Of a stretch of 64,000 nucleotides of DNA, positions 36,376-46,055 are shown piece after piece. Each line of letters starts with the position of its first letter. Position 1 is the first letter of the stretch. Under the pieces are notes generated by a model. That model searched no databases. It had not been told where the DNA came from and saw only the letters and a program-made list of their open reading frames with translations. A program made the position numbers and the translations under genes. Source of the DNA: Bdellovibrionota bacterium FG-1 (GTDB taxonomy: Bacteria > Bdellovibrionota > UBA1018); assembly GCA_051382295.1 (NCBI GenBank), contig JBBCAW010000062.1:32001-96000 (forward strand). The letters are read 5' to 3'.

Positions 36376-36743
36376 AAAAAATTCAGGTCACCCTTGAGAC
36401 CCAACTTAAGAAAAAGATCGTCGGATTTTTATATCGGCGACGAGCCGCATGGATATTCGAATACGACCCGTCGTGGATAAATAGCGGCGTTAATATTGAC
36501 CCCCAATTCGAAAAGAAACCAGGACCCCAACCTTTTAAAGAATTGCCGGAGTTTTTTTCAGACAGAATCCCGCCACTGGGGTCTCAGATGAGAGGCGCCT
36601 ACGGAAAAGCATGGAAACTTAATCACTCGGAGCATGACGAAATGTCACTTCTAGTTACCGTCGGCCATCGGGGACCGACGAACTATGTCTTTTACCCCAT
36701 CGGGTTCACCCCAGGACTTTGGGCAGAGCTGGAAAAACGCTAA
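36372..36743 (+). CDS. HipA N-terminal (Couple_hipA/HipS-like) protein
   Basis: VGFL....WIFEYDPSW, LPEFFSDRIP; ATGA overlap with the kinase gene. Confidence 0.8.
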   Translation: MKKIQVTLETQLKKKIVGFLYRRRAAWIFEYDPSWINSGVNIDPQFEKKPGPQPFKELPEFFSDRIPPLGSQMRGAYGKAWKLNHSEHDEMSLLVTVGHRGPTNYVFYPIGFTPGLWAELEKR

Positions 36744-36746
36744 AAC

Positions 36747-37331
36747 CTACTGCCAATGCTTCTTAATTGTCTCGTTTGGCAATATCCCGGCCTCTTGCAA
36801 GGCGCGCGCGGCCCGCTCACTCCGGGTTCGAACCCAAAGCTCATACATGCGCAAGAGGTCGATTTCAGTACGTGGCGTGGTCTTGGCGCTCACCTCCGCA
36901 AAAACATCAACAAATGTGGCAAAACGAGCTGCGAGTTCTTCGTAAACGGCTTTGAGCGTATCCGCGCTCAATCGCGCCGCCACTTGCTGATAGGCCGCCC
37001 CACCCATGTCGATATAGTAGTCCACATCCACCATTTTTCGATTCAAACTATCTTGGAAAAAGCCTCCCACATAAAGCGAAACATCTCCGATATGGCGAAA
37101 ACGAGCACTTTGTACCTGAGGGAGCGTCTCTTCCAGCGCACCCTTTACCAAAAGAGCAAGAGGTTCTTCGGTCAAGCGGTCAGGCTTCATGAACTGATTC
37201 AGGAGATTGACTAGATAAAATTCAGTCTCAGGTTGGGCGGAGACCTTCTGGTGGCCCATGGCTTCGGTAATCAGCTCCCGAAAGTAATCCTGAGGTTGAG
37301 CAACAAGGGTAAGACCACTTTTATCAGTCAT
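36747..37331 (-). CDS. Conserved hypothetical protein
   Basis: YLVNLL, GDVSLY..GFF.DSL, DYYIDMG..AY pattern; 194 aa. Confidence 0.8.
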   Translation of the reverse strand: MTDKSGLTLVAQPQDYFRELITEAMGHQKVSAQPETEFYLVNLLNQFMKPDRLTEEPLALLVKGALEETLPQVQSARFRHIGDVSLYVGGFFQDSLNRKMVDVDYYIDMGGAAYQQVAARLSADTLKAVYEELAARFATFVDVFAEVSAKTTPRTEIDLLRMYELWVRTRSERAARALQEAGILPNETIKKHWQ

Positions 37332-37434
37332 AATACCTATTTTAGACGTATTCTACGGCGTGTCAAATCCACCCAGGCCTGAATCGGTCAAAAATCGTGC
37401 CTCCCCATAGACGAGGCAAGGAATCCCAGGTAAA

Positions 37435-38055
37435 TTGGGTACTTGCATGCGGCATCCTCAAAAACTCCTTTTTAGAGTCGTTTTTATATATGGCCTTAGT
37501 TTATTCGTTCATGCGAATGCGGGTTCCTTGACTGAGATTCAAGTGAGTCTTTTCGGACAGCCCTGCTTTCTTCAAGGACCCGTTGATTCCAAGACGCTCA
37601 AGAACATCCACGCTCTGAGTCCTGAACAACTCTACCCCTTAAGAGAAACCCCCCTCAGCAGCGCGCCGACTCGAAAAGCACTCGAGAAATTGCGAAGCCC
37701 CGCCCCTCCTGCCGGTCTAGAGCGTTACCGCGACAGACTGCTGAAACGTTTCGAAGCCCAACTCGGTTTGCTCGAAGGGATCGAAGCCTTTAAAAAAAGC
37801 AAAAATCCCACCGTACTTCTTAACGTGGGCAAAAAATACCTTTCGGCAAGAAAACTCAAAGACTTTGAATCACTTGTTAAAAAGACTGCATCTCCCAAGG
37901 AACTCTCGCAAACCATTGACCTTCTTTTTGACTCTTTTAGCGACGGAATTGAGGCAGATCCAGAAGAGGAGTTTCACCGGTCGATCCATCGGATGAAGAT
38001 CCAATATATTTGCTCATTCGAGGGAGAGACCAGCGAAAGCGAAGCGGACGAATGA
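37435..38055 (+). CDS. Hypothetical exported protein (start possibly 37447)
   Basis: 206-aa ORF with a signal-like N-terminus; its stop overlaps the next gene's ATG. Confidence 0.7.
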   Translation: MGTCMRHPQKLLFRVVFIYGLSLFVHANAGSLTEIQVSLFGQPCFLQGPVDSKTLKNIHALSPEQLYPLRETPLSSAPTRKALEKLRSPAPPAGLERYRDRLLKRFEAQLGLLEGIEAFKKSKNPTVLLNVGKKYLSARKLKDFESLVKKTASPKELSQTIDLLFDSFSDGIEADPEEEFHRSIHRMKIQYICSFEGETSESEADE

Positions 38056-39251
38056 AATGGAATCCTGCCGAGGTATTGAAGGGTGAACACCTCCCGGCAG
38101 CGCTGGTCGACCTTGATGTCTTCGATCGGAATATAGAGAAGACCGTCAGAATGGTGCAGAGCCAGGGAAACAAAACCGTTCGGCTCGCAACCAAGTCCTT
38201 ACGAGCCCCCGAGCTGATTTCACGCGCGCTCAAAAAAGGAGGCCCAGTTTTTCGCGGAGTCATGTGTTTTTCGGCCCAAGAAGCGCTTTCACTTCATCAA
38301 TACGGCCTCGATGACTTTTTAGTGGCCTATCCCACTTTGCAGCCCAGCGATTTGCACGCCCTCAGGCAAATCCACAATGCTGGCGGACGCGTAACCATCG
38401 TGACGGATCATCCTGAGCAAATCAGCGCTCTTGCTCAAGCGATGCATGGTACCAGTCGCCCCTTTAGAACGCTGATCGATGTCGATATGTCTTGGCGCCC
38501 CCTGGGGGGCTTGCTGCACATCGGGGTGCGGCGCAGCCGAATTCGTAGCGTCGCGGACACCCTGGCGCTTTGTGAGGAAATCAAGAAATTCCCTGACCTT
38601 CAAGTGGACGGGCTCCTGGCCTATGAGGCCCAAGTGGCCGGGCTGACCGACCGGAATCCCTTCAAAAAACTACTCAACCCACTGGCTCATTGGATCCGAA
38701 AAGCCTCAATCCCTCATGTGGCCCGCCTTCGTGCTGAAATCGTCCAAGCCATGCGCGCGCACGGTTACTCCGTCGGATTAGTCAACGGCGCTGGTACCGG
38801 TTCCCTTGATTTTGCACTCATTGAAAGCACGCTCACTGAAGTCACCGTCGGAAGCGGCTTTCTGTCACCGCATCTTTTCGATTATTACTCCAATATTCGA
38901 TTTGAACCGGCGGCCTTTTTCGCACTTCAAGCAGTGCGAACCTCTGATCCCGGCTTTGTGACCTGCCAAGGCGGCGGTTATATCGCCTCGGGAGAACCTG
39001 GCTGGGACCGTGTGCCAATTCCCGTCTGGCCAGAAGGCTTGCGGCTCGTTTCCGCTGAAGGCGCGGGTGAGGTCCAAACCCCGCTGCGCTTGCCGAAAAA
39101 CACCTCGATCACGCTCGGAAGCCCCATACTTTTTAGACACGCTAAAGCCGGTGAGCTCGCGGAGCGGTTTAATGAGTATTTGCTCATTTCATCCGGAAAA
39201 ATCACAGGACGAGCAAAAACTTACCGGGGACTGGGCATATCCTCCGTATAA
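38052..39251 (+). CDS. PLP-dependent alanine-racemase-fold enzyme (DSD1/D-threonine aldolase-like)
   Basis: VRLATKSLR PLP lysine, GLLAYEAQ, NGAGTGS, EGAGEVQTP, FRHAKAGE. Confidence 0.85.
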   Translation: MKWNPAEVLKGEHLPAALVDLDVFDRNIEKTVRMVQSQGNKTVRLATKSLRAPELISRALKKGGPVFRGVMCFSAQEALSLHQYGLDDFLVAYPTLQPSDLHALRQIHNAGGRVTIVTDHPEQISALAQAMHGTSRPFRTLIDVDMSWRPLGGLLHIGVRRSRIRSVADTLALCEEIKKFPDLQVDGLLAYEAQVAGLTDRNPFKKLLNPLAHWIRKASIPHVARLRAEIVQAMRAHGYSVGLVNGAGTGSLDFALIESTLTEVTVGSGFLSPHLFDYYSNIRFEPAAFFALQAVRTSDPGFVTCQGGGYIASGEPGWDRVPIPVWPEGLRLVSAEGAGEVQTPLRLPKNTSITLGSPILFRHAKAGELAERFNEYLLISSGKITGRAKTYRGLGISSV

Positions 39252-39616
39252 ACACCGACCTTATATTCTAAGACGGCATGCGCTTGAGGATGGGAGTAAT
39301 AAAGGGTCATGATCAGGCCCCGCAAGCCAAGCCGAATAAACCGAAGAGGTGCCCCAATCCAGTCGGGCCATCCCAAACTTTTTTCCAAAAGAGCGATAAA
39401 CCCCCTCACCGCGAAGGGGGGAAACCACGACATCAAACTGAACAGCAGTTTGAGATCTTTAAGATCCCCCTCCGGCATATAATCAAGGATGCGATCGACT
39501 TCTTGAGCACAACCGCTCCCTGAAAAAGTCTGAAACTGCTGATCCCCGGGAAGGAGCGAATCTCCCAGTTTTTCAAGCCCCCGCATTTGACCACGATTTA
39601 AGTGTTTAGAAGCCAT
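39221..39616 (-). CDS. Hypothetical protein, possible accessory subunit of the GMC oxidoreductase
   Basis: Start MASKHL follows an AAGGAG SD; directly downstream of the GMC gene; LYYS near the C-terminus. Confidence 0.6.
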   Translation of the reverse strand: MASKHLNRGQMRGLEKLGDSLLPGDQQFQTFSGSGCAQEVDRILDYMPEGDLKDLKLLFSLMSWFPPFAVRGFIALLEKSLGWPDWIGAPLRFIRLGLRGLIMTLYYSHPQAHAVLEYKVGVYTEDMPSPR

Positions 39617-39632
39617 TAGGATCTCCTTGAAT

Positions 39633-41012
39633 TCAACGAGCCAACATGGACTCAGATGCTTTTTGACTGAGAGCCATAATCGTAAATGAAGGATTAATGC
39701 CAGGAGCGGACGGAAACACACTCGAGTCCGCCGCAAACAGATTCGGAAGGCCATGGACCTTAAATTCAGGACTCACAACCGATCGAGCGGAGTCGGTGCC
39801 CATCACACAACCGCCCATGAGATGCAGACCAAACCCCTGGTCACATTCGATCACTTCTTTTGCGCCTACGGCGAGAAAGAGCTCCCGAATTTCGCCCCGC
39901 CCTGCCTTGATTCGATTGCGATCCTGCTGGGTCAATGGCTTATCGACTTTGAGCTTACCGCACTTGCTCATGGTAATGCGCCCCAAGGGTTCGTCCCGCA
40001 CCGCCACCTCCATGGATGCAATATGCCGATATTTTTTCATCTGAGCCATTTGTTGCCGACCGTACCCCGGCATAATAATGGCCGTGGCTACGGGAGGAGC
40101 AAAAACGTTTTCGAGTTTAAAGCCTTTTTGGCGATAACTCGGTTCATCCGATTTCACACACTGAAAGGCGCCCTTGTGGGCATCCACCCGCTCGGCAAAC
40201 ACGCCATAACTCATAAACTGAGGATGACAACTAAACTGCGTACCGAGCGCGGGCAACTGCTTTCCCAACCCTGAACGAAGTAAAATCGCCGTATTACCCA
40301 CGGCACCGGCGGCCAGCACCACTTTGCGAACCACCAGTTCTTTATGAACTCCCCGTTGAAGACCGATAATCCTCACCTGGTCTCGTTCGTGAATAACAGT
40401 TTGAACATCAAAATCAGATTCCACCTCCAGGCCCTTTTCGCGGGCCTTTCTAATGGTCGTCACCAAAGAACTTTGCTTGGAATCCCGGGGGCATCCGCCT
40501 AAACAAACAATACAATCAGTCCCTTTATCCAGCTTGCAGTCGCCCTGTGCGCGATTCAAGGGCTTCCATTTACGGCCCAACTGATCCAGGGCCTTGGTAA
40601 AAATTTTAGCGTTTTTGTTATAGAATTCGACAGGAATGGAGCTTTGTAAAATCGCGCGTGAAGATAAATCATAGTAGGGGGTCATTTCAGCGCGATTCAA
40701 AAAACTAATCCCGCTGCGCGCCTTCCAATCATCCCATGCAATATCGTCAAAAGGATCCAACAGCGCTTGATTAACGATAGATGTGCCCCCCAAACATTTG
40801 GCTCTCAAAAAGCCGAGATCACCCCTCACGCTTACCTCTAACCCGCCCCCCCAAAACATTTGGGTCGAATAATCCATTTCGTTGGAAGGAAAAGTATGAG
40901 CCGAGTACTCACGCCCCGCCTCGATCAACAGGCACTTTGCACCCCCAAAAACAAGTTCGTGAGCTACCCGCCCACCTGAAACGCCAGATCCAATCACCGC
41001 AAAGTCGTACAT
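39633..41012 (-). CDS. GMC-family oxidoreductase
   Basis: IGSGVSGG FAD motif, LGGTSIVN, HLMGGC.MG, DSSVFPSAPGINP. Confidence 0.92.
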   Translation of the reverse strand: MYDFAVIGSGVSGGRVAHELVFGGAKCLLIEAGREYSAHTFPSNEMDYSTQMFWGGGLEVSVRGDLGFLRAKCLGGTSIVNQALLDPFDDIAWDDWKARSGISFLNRAEMTPYYDLSSRAILQSSIPVEFYNKNAKIFTKALDQLGRKWKPLNRAQGDCKLDKGTDCIVCLGGCPRDSKQSSLVTTIRKAREKGLEVESDFDVQTVIHERDQVRIIGLQRGVHKELVVRKVVLAAGAVGNTAILLRSGLGKQLPALGTQFSCHPQFMSYGVFAERVDAHKGAFQCVKSDEPSYRQKGFKLENVFAPPVATAIIMPGYGRQQMAQMKKYRHIASMEVAVRDEPLGRITMSKCGKLKVDKPLTQQDRNRIKAGRGEIRELFLAVGAKEVIECDQGFGLHLMGGCVMGTDSARSVVSPEFKVHGLPNLFAADSSVFPSAPGINPSFTIMALSQKASESMLAR

Positions 41013-41071
41013 TCCATTGCTCCGATCTATCGGTTGGACACTCTAACGAGATATTTCAAACCAAGTATATT

Positions 41072-43750
41072 CTAACCTACGATACTCGTCACCTGGTAAG
41101 GTTCTACAAAATATTTCGCGCAAATTCTTTGAACGTCTTTGGCTGAAATTGTCCGAATCTTTCGAGTGAGTTCCGCCTCATCGACATGCAGAATACCGTA
41201 AAGAGTTTCCAGGCCAAAGTGGGTAGCGAGAGCCGAATCACTCTGTAAATCCATCGCTCTTCGGCCCAAGAAAAACTCTTTAGCACGCGCCATTTCTCTG
41301 GCTGTAGGCCCTTTAGAGGCCAACGTTTCGAGCACTTGGCGAATGCCATCCATGGCTTCTTGTTTCTTTTGAGGCGCGCAAGCGATATAGGTACCCACAT
41401 AACCACGCTCAATACCCTCAAAACTCATCGGAGCTACCGTATAAGCCAGACTCTTCTTTTCACGTAACTCCACAAAAAGTCGGCCACTTTGGCCACCTAA
41501 TAGCGTTTGCAGGAGACGCAATGCATGGCGATCATCGGAGGTAATCTGGGTACCCAATCCCCCGACAATAATATGCGTTTGCTCTCGCTCTAGATTACGC
41601 TCGATCCAGCGCGGCGCCTTAAGAGCCTCCTCATCAGGAGGGATAGAGAAAGTCCCCTGGGCTGGGGTTTGTTGAGCATAGGCTCGAAGTTGCCCATCGA
41701 GATCCTTCAGCCAATGATCTAAAGCAGAACGGTTAACAGAACCACTGACCGACAAGACCAACCGTTCGGGACGAAGCCATTTTTGGTGAAATGAACGCAA
41801 TTTAGTTGATTGAATCGTGGCCAAACTTTCGAGCGAACCAATCGTCAAACGACCATACGGGTGATGTTCAAAAAGAGTTTCTAAAAACAACTTGGAGCAA
41901 AGCTGCGAAGAATGATCCTCCACCGAACGAACCGAATCCTCCGCAATACGGCGAGAATGCCCTACTTCATCTTCTGGAAACGTGGCGCCCACCAAGACCT
42001 CATTAAACAACCCCGAAAGAACGCCCCAATCCCGACTCAACCCCGTCATTTGCAGGCCCACGCTATTGCGGCCCGCAAATCCATCCATCCCAGAGGCATG
42101 CCCCTCGACAATTGCCGAGATTTCCCGAGCGCTCTTATGAGCGGTTCCCTTAGTCCAGCTCAGCGACATCATATAGCTTGAGCCCCAGTCCGCTTCGGGG
42201 CTGGTCACCGGGTTTGCCATTTCAAGCCGTAAGCCGCCAAAAACGGAGGCATGAACGCTGAACACGTGGGATTGTGGCCGATCGAAATAACAAACCTTGA
42301 TTCCAGAAGGAAGTTGCGTGACTTCGACTGGCAATGCCATTTGGTCTCGTAGATTTTTTGGAGTCTTGGCATGACCGCGCGCAATCGCAGGGGCGGCCAA
42401 ACGCTCTGGACAAAGGACCTCTTCAGCCAAATCCCGAATCGTGTCAATATTGAAGGTCTTATCACCCTTAGGCAAAAGAACAATTCCAGTCATTCGAGAG
42501 TATATCAAATATTTGCGCGCCACCTCCTGAATACGAGCAGCATCGACTGCTTTCAGGTCTTCGAGATAGCGGCGGTCGAATTCTAGATCGCCCATGATAA
42601 ATTTAAGGAAGCCCAAACGGCCTGCCATTCCGTCAGCAGTCTGGGTAGCATAGAGCCGTTCGCTCTCGGCGCTGACTATTACTCGAGCCAGTTCTTCAGG
42701 GGTCGGCCCCTCACTCCCGAGGCGCCGAAGTTCCTTGAAAATAGCCCGAGAGACAGTCTCGATCTTGTCCACTGAATCCATTTCAGCCTGAAAATAGAGC
42801 ATTCCAGCATCTTTTGGAACGTAGAGCCCACCGGAAACCTCAGTTACCAGGGAATTTTTGTAAAACAAGTCTTGATAGAGACGCGAAAGCTCTCCCATTC
42901 CCAATATTCCGGCCAATAAATCCAAGGCTGGAATATCCTCATGATTGAGCTCGGGCACGCGAAAAGAAAAGGCAACCGACGGGGTTTTGACATCAAAGGT
43001 TTTTAATGAAAAATGAGGATCTTTGCGCAGCGCAGGCTCCACTGGGCGCTGATGAAGTGTCTCCATTTTTTTAGGTAAAAGCCGCGTTCCCAGATGTTTT
43101 TCAAGTTGTTGCAGAATGGCTTTGCGTCGAGCTCCGGTTTGGTCATTGATGGGCCCGACCAAAACCAGCCCCATTTTTCCGGAGATATAATTCCGCCGGT
43201 AAAAGGCTTCCAGATTTCCAACTTGAGCCGCTTTCAAAGTTTTAACAAAACCGATGACCGGCCGGCCATAAGGATGCTTGCGAAAGGTTCCTGAAAACAG
43301 ACTTTGAAAGAGCTGTCGACTCGGCGAATCTTCGTTTTTGCGAAGTTCTTCCAAAATGACTTCACGCTCACGCACAAAGTCGGATTTCAAAAATTTCTGA
43401 GGCTTAGCCATCGCACCAAAGGCATCGATGACCTTTTCCCAATGTTGGGCGGCACAGGTGACGTGGTACACGGTCTGGTCAAACGAGGTATAGGCGTTAA
43501 TATCCCCCCCCATCGATTCTACCGCCCGCGCCAGCATTCCTGTCGAAGCCTTACCGGTTTCTTTTGCCGCAGCGTCCTTGAACAGCATATGTTCCAAGAA
43601 ATGAGCAAACCCCGCCTCGGCGGTGGTTTCATCCGCGCTTCCGGTTTTGACCCACCAGTACGTCGTGGCAACCGGGCCATCATAATGCTGCAAAATGACC
43701 GGAATTCCGTTAGAAAGCTGATGTTGTTCAGGATGATGAAGTTTTGCCAT
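41072..43750 (-). CDS. M16 (insulinase/pitrilysin) zinc protease
   Basis: GFAHFLEHMLFK inverted zincin, INAYTSFDQT, SGRLFVELREK; tandem M16 halves. Confidence 0.94.
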   Translation of the reverse strand: MAKLHHPEQHQLSNGIPVILQHYDGPVATTYWWVKTGSADETTAEAGFAHFLEHMLFKDAAAKETGKASTGMLARAVESMGGDINAYTSFDQTVYHVTCAAQHWEKVIDAFGAMAKPQKFLKSDFVREREVILEELRKNEDSPSRQLFQSLFSGTFRKHPYGRPVIGFVKTLKAAQVGNLEAFYRRNYISGKMGLVLVGPINDQTGARRKAILQQLEKHLGTRLLPKKMETLHQRPVEPALRKDPHFSLKTFDVKTPSVAFSFRVPELNHEDIPALDLLAGILGMGELSRLYQDLFYKNSLVTEVSGGLYVPKDAGMLYFQAEMDSVDKIETVSRAIFKELRRLGSEGPTPEELARVIVSAESERLYATQTADGMAGRLGFLKFIMGDLEFDRRYLEDLKAVDAARIQEVARKYLIYSRMTGIVLLPKGDKTFNIDTIRDLAEEVLCPERLAAPAIARGHAKTPKNLRDQMALPVEVTQLPSGIKVCYFDRPQSHVFSVHASVFGGLRLEMANPVTSPEADWGSSYMMSLSWTKGTAHKSAREISAIVEGHASGMDGFAGRNSVGLQMTGLSRDWGVLSGLFNEVLVGATFPEDEVGHSRRIAEDSVRSVEDHSSQLCSKLFLETLFEHHPYGRLTIGSLESLATIQSTKLRSFHQKWLRPERLVLSVSGSVNRSALDHWLKDLDGQLRAYAQQTPAQGTFSIPPDEEALKAPRWIERNLEREQTHIIVGGLGTQITSDDRHALRLLQTLLGGQSGRLFVELREKKSLAYTVAPMSFEGIERGYVGTYIACAPQKKQEAMDGIRQVLETLASKGPTAREMARAKEFFLGRRAMDLQSDSALATHFGLETLYGILHVDEAELTRKIRTISAKDVQRICAKYFVEPYQVTSIVG

Positions 43751-43890
43751 ACTTCAAGTACGCTACAGCATTTTTCGGTCCGGCCAAATGCATAAATATT
43801 CACGACCACATACGCAGCGCATCATCCCACTGGACATCGCAGCAAATCAGCGGTAGTCTAGAAGGTAGTGAAAGGAGTCCTGGCCCCCGT

Positions 43891-44406
43891 ATGAATAAGA
43901 AGCTCTATGTAGGTAACCTTCCCTTCGGCGCAGATGAAGCTGCGCTCCGTGCCGTTTTCGAAAGTGAGGGCCACCCGGTCGCCTCAGTTAAAGTGATGAT
44001 GGATCGCGAAACAGGCCGTTCTCGTGGCTTTGCTTTTGTCGAACTCACCACTCCTGAGGGTGCGCAAAAGGCACTCGCGGGCATGAACGGATTTCCATTT
44101 CAGGGCCGCCCCCTGATGATTAACGAAGCCCGTGAACAGGCTCCCCGAACAGGAGGCCCAAGGCCGAATGGCGCTGCGGGTGGATTTAGTCCTGACCGAG
44201 GTCCCAGACCTGTGGGCACCGGTGGCGGCTTTAATTCTGATCGTGGTCCCAGGCCCAATGGGGGTGGTTTTGGAGGTGGATACTCGCCCCCCCCTCCAGC
44301 CGGAATTGAACCTCCAGCAGAAGGTCGCGCCAATAAGGTTCGCGATCGAGGCCGAGAAAAAGAAAAAGACCGGGGCCGCCGAAATCGCGGTAATGATGAT
44401 TGGTAA
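43891..44406 (+). CDS. RRM RNA-binding protein with Gly/Pro/Arg-rich tail
   Basis: KLYVGNL RNP2, RGFAFVE RNP1; AAGGAG upstream of ATG 43891. Confidence 0.92.
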   Translation: MNKKLYVGNLPFGADEAALRAVFESEGHPVASVKVMMDRETGRSRGFAFVELTTPEGAQKALAGMNGFPFQGRPLMINEAREQAPRTGGPRPNGAAGGFSPDRGPRPVGTGGGFNSDRGPRPNGGGFGGGYSPPPPAGIEPPAEGRANKVRDRGREKEKDRGRRNRGNDDW

Positions 44407-44414
44407 TGACCGGC

Positions 44415-45971
44415 TTAAAATAACCGTTTAAGAACCTGAGTCTCCAAGACCCCTGCGGTAATGATCCCGCCAGTGAGCGCTCCGGCGATACCCAAAACCG
44501 CCACATCACAACCCGTCATATATAGATTTTTAACGGGCGTGCGTGCACTCAATCCGTGCGCCCCAAAGCGCTGCGGTGTTGGGGCCAAACCATAAATAGC
44601 ACCCTGCGGAGCTCGAATAAAATACGCCGTCGAAAGAGGCGTGGATAATTCATAGAATTTTACTAGTTCGGCAAGTTTGGGATGGTGCTTTTTAAACTGC
44701 GCAAACAAGCGCTGTTCAAGCCCCTTTTTGAATTCCATATAATCTTTTTCACGATAGCCACGCCGGGTGTGCTTCCATTTTTCAAAGGCGTCCCAAGGCA
44801 CAAACACAACGACTTCCCCCGTGTGCTTCTTTTCGGGGCCCGCAACGTGCCGAGGATCCTTGAGTGAAGGAAATGAAATATACAAAAAAGGCGACTCAGA
44901 TTTTGGATCTGAAATATCCCACTCGCCTTTTTCCATGTCCCAGTCTTCAAAGTGCCATTGATTAGCGAGAGTACCGCCTGCTGCTGCGACATCGCCCTCA
45001 AAACCCAAATATAAGGTCAAATAAGCAGGGGACTGGGGAAGTTCGCGAATTTCACGGACCCACTCTCCCTTTTGCTCAGCCTCAGGCAAAAGCCGATCTA
45101 CGGTCGCCTTGGCCCCTGCTCCCGAAATAATCTTGGGAGCAAATAACTCTTCGCCATTCTCTAAACGCACACCGACCGCGTTTCCGTCGCGAATGATAAT
45201 TTCTTTGACGGATTTTCGAGTTAAGACGTCACCGCCACCGGCCCGGATGGTTTCGACAAAATGGTCGGCAAAGACCTTGGCCCCGCCGCTCGGGTAATAG
45301 CCGCCATTCCAAAAATGACGAACGGTCATGGCATGAACCAAGAAACTCGATTTTTTTGGGGTGCTTCCATAATAGCCCCACTGCGCGGTGAGGACGGAAA
45401 AGAGTTTGGAATTGCTGACGATCGACCTGAGGACTTCATCGGTGGTCTTGAGCCACCATTTCTGTCCTAGCCGATCAATAAGCGGCGCGGTGAGCTTATC
45501 CAACCATAATGGCAAAGTACGGCTGGCAAAACAGTACTTTGCGGCATCGGCGCCTCGGTCGATGAGTTCAAAATACTGATCAATGGCTGAGCCATCTTTG
45601 GGGAAATTTTCTTTAAGAACGGCTCTGAACTTTTCTTTGGTGTCGGGCAACTCCATCTTGAAACCGTCCGGAAAATGAAAACTATCGTAAGCCCGGCCTA
45701 AAGGATTAAACTGAATCTTTCCGTTTGAAAGCCAATCAATCGTTTTTCTGGGCACTTCGGCTATATGCATCTGGCCTACGCAATGCACACCGACATCCCA
45801 GTGATACCCCTTACGAGAAAACATGTGGGTGCACCCGCCGGCTACATAATGCTGTTCTAGAACCAGAATCTTCCAACCATGCTTGGCTAACGCTGCCGCG
45901 CAGGTCAACCCACCGATTCCAGACCCAATGACAATGGCATCCCACTTCGAAGAGGTATTTTGCATTCTCAT
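44415..45971 (-). CDS. Phytoene desaturase/retinol saturase-family FAD oxidoreductase
   Basis: IGSGIGGL, EQHYVAGGC.H.F, WDVGVH, STPLS, GAIYGL. Confidence 0.9.
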   Translation of the reverse strand: MRMQNTSSKWDAIVIGSGIGGLTCAAALAKHGWKILVLEQHYVAGGCTHMFSRKGYHWDVGVHCVGQMHIAEVPRKTIDWLSNGKIQFNPLGRAYDSFHFPDGFKMELPDTKEKFRAVLKENFPKDGSAIDQYFELIDRGADAAKYCFASRTLPLWLDKLTAPLIDRLGQKWWLKTTDEVLRSIVSNSKLFSVLTAQWGYYGSTPKKSSFLVHAMTVRHFWNGGYYPSGGAKVFADHFVETIRAGGGDVLTRKSVKEIIIRDGNAVGVRLENGEELFAPKIISGAGAKATVDRLLPEAEQKGEWVREIRELPQSPAYLTLYLGFEGDVAAAGGTLANQWHFEDWDMEKGEWDISDPKSESPFLYISFPSLKDPRHVAGPEKKHTGEVVVFVPWDAFEKWKHTRRGYREKDYMEFKKGLEQRLFAQFKKHHPKLAELVKFYELSTPLSTAYFIRAPQGAIYGLAPTPQRFGAHGLSARTPVKNLYMTGCDVAVLGIAGALTGGIITAGVLETQVLKRLF

Positions 45972-46055
45972 CAGTCTGACATAGCCGCACGCTGGGTGCC
46001 AGGAAGATTAAGGGAGGCACCGACGCCCAAATTAGCGCCGATGCCCACTTTCAAA

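Noticed and set aside
43744..43890. N-terminal extension of the RRM protein given in the ORF track
   Set aside because: It overlaps the divergent protease start; the SD and RNP2 motif support ATG 43891.
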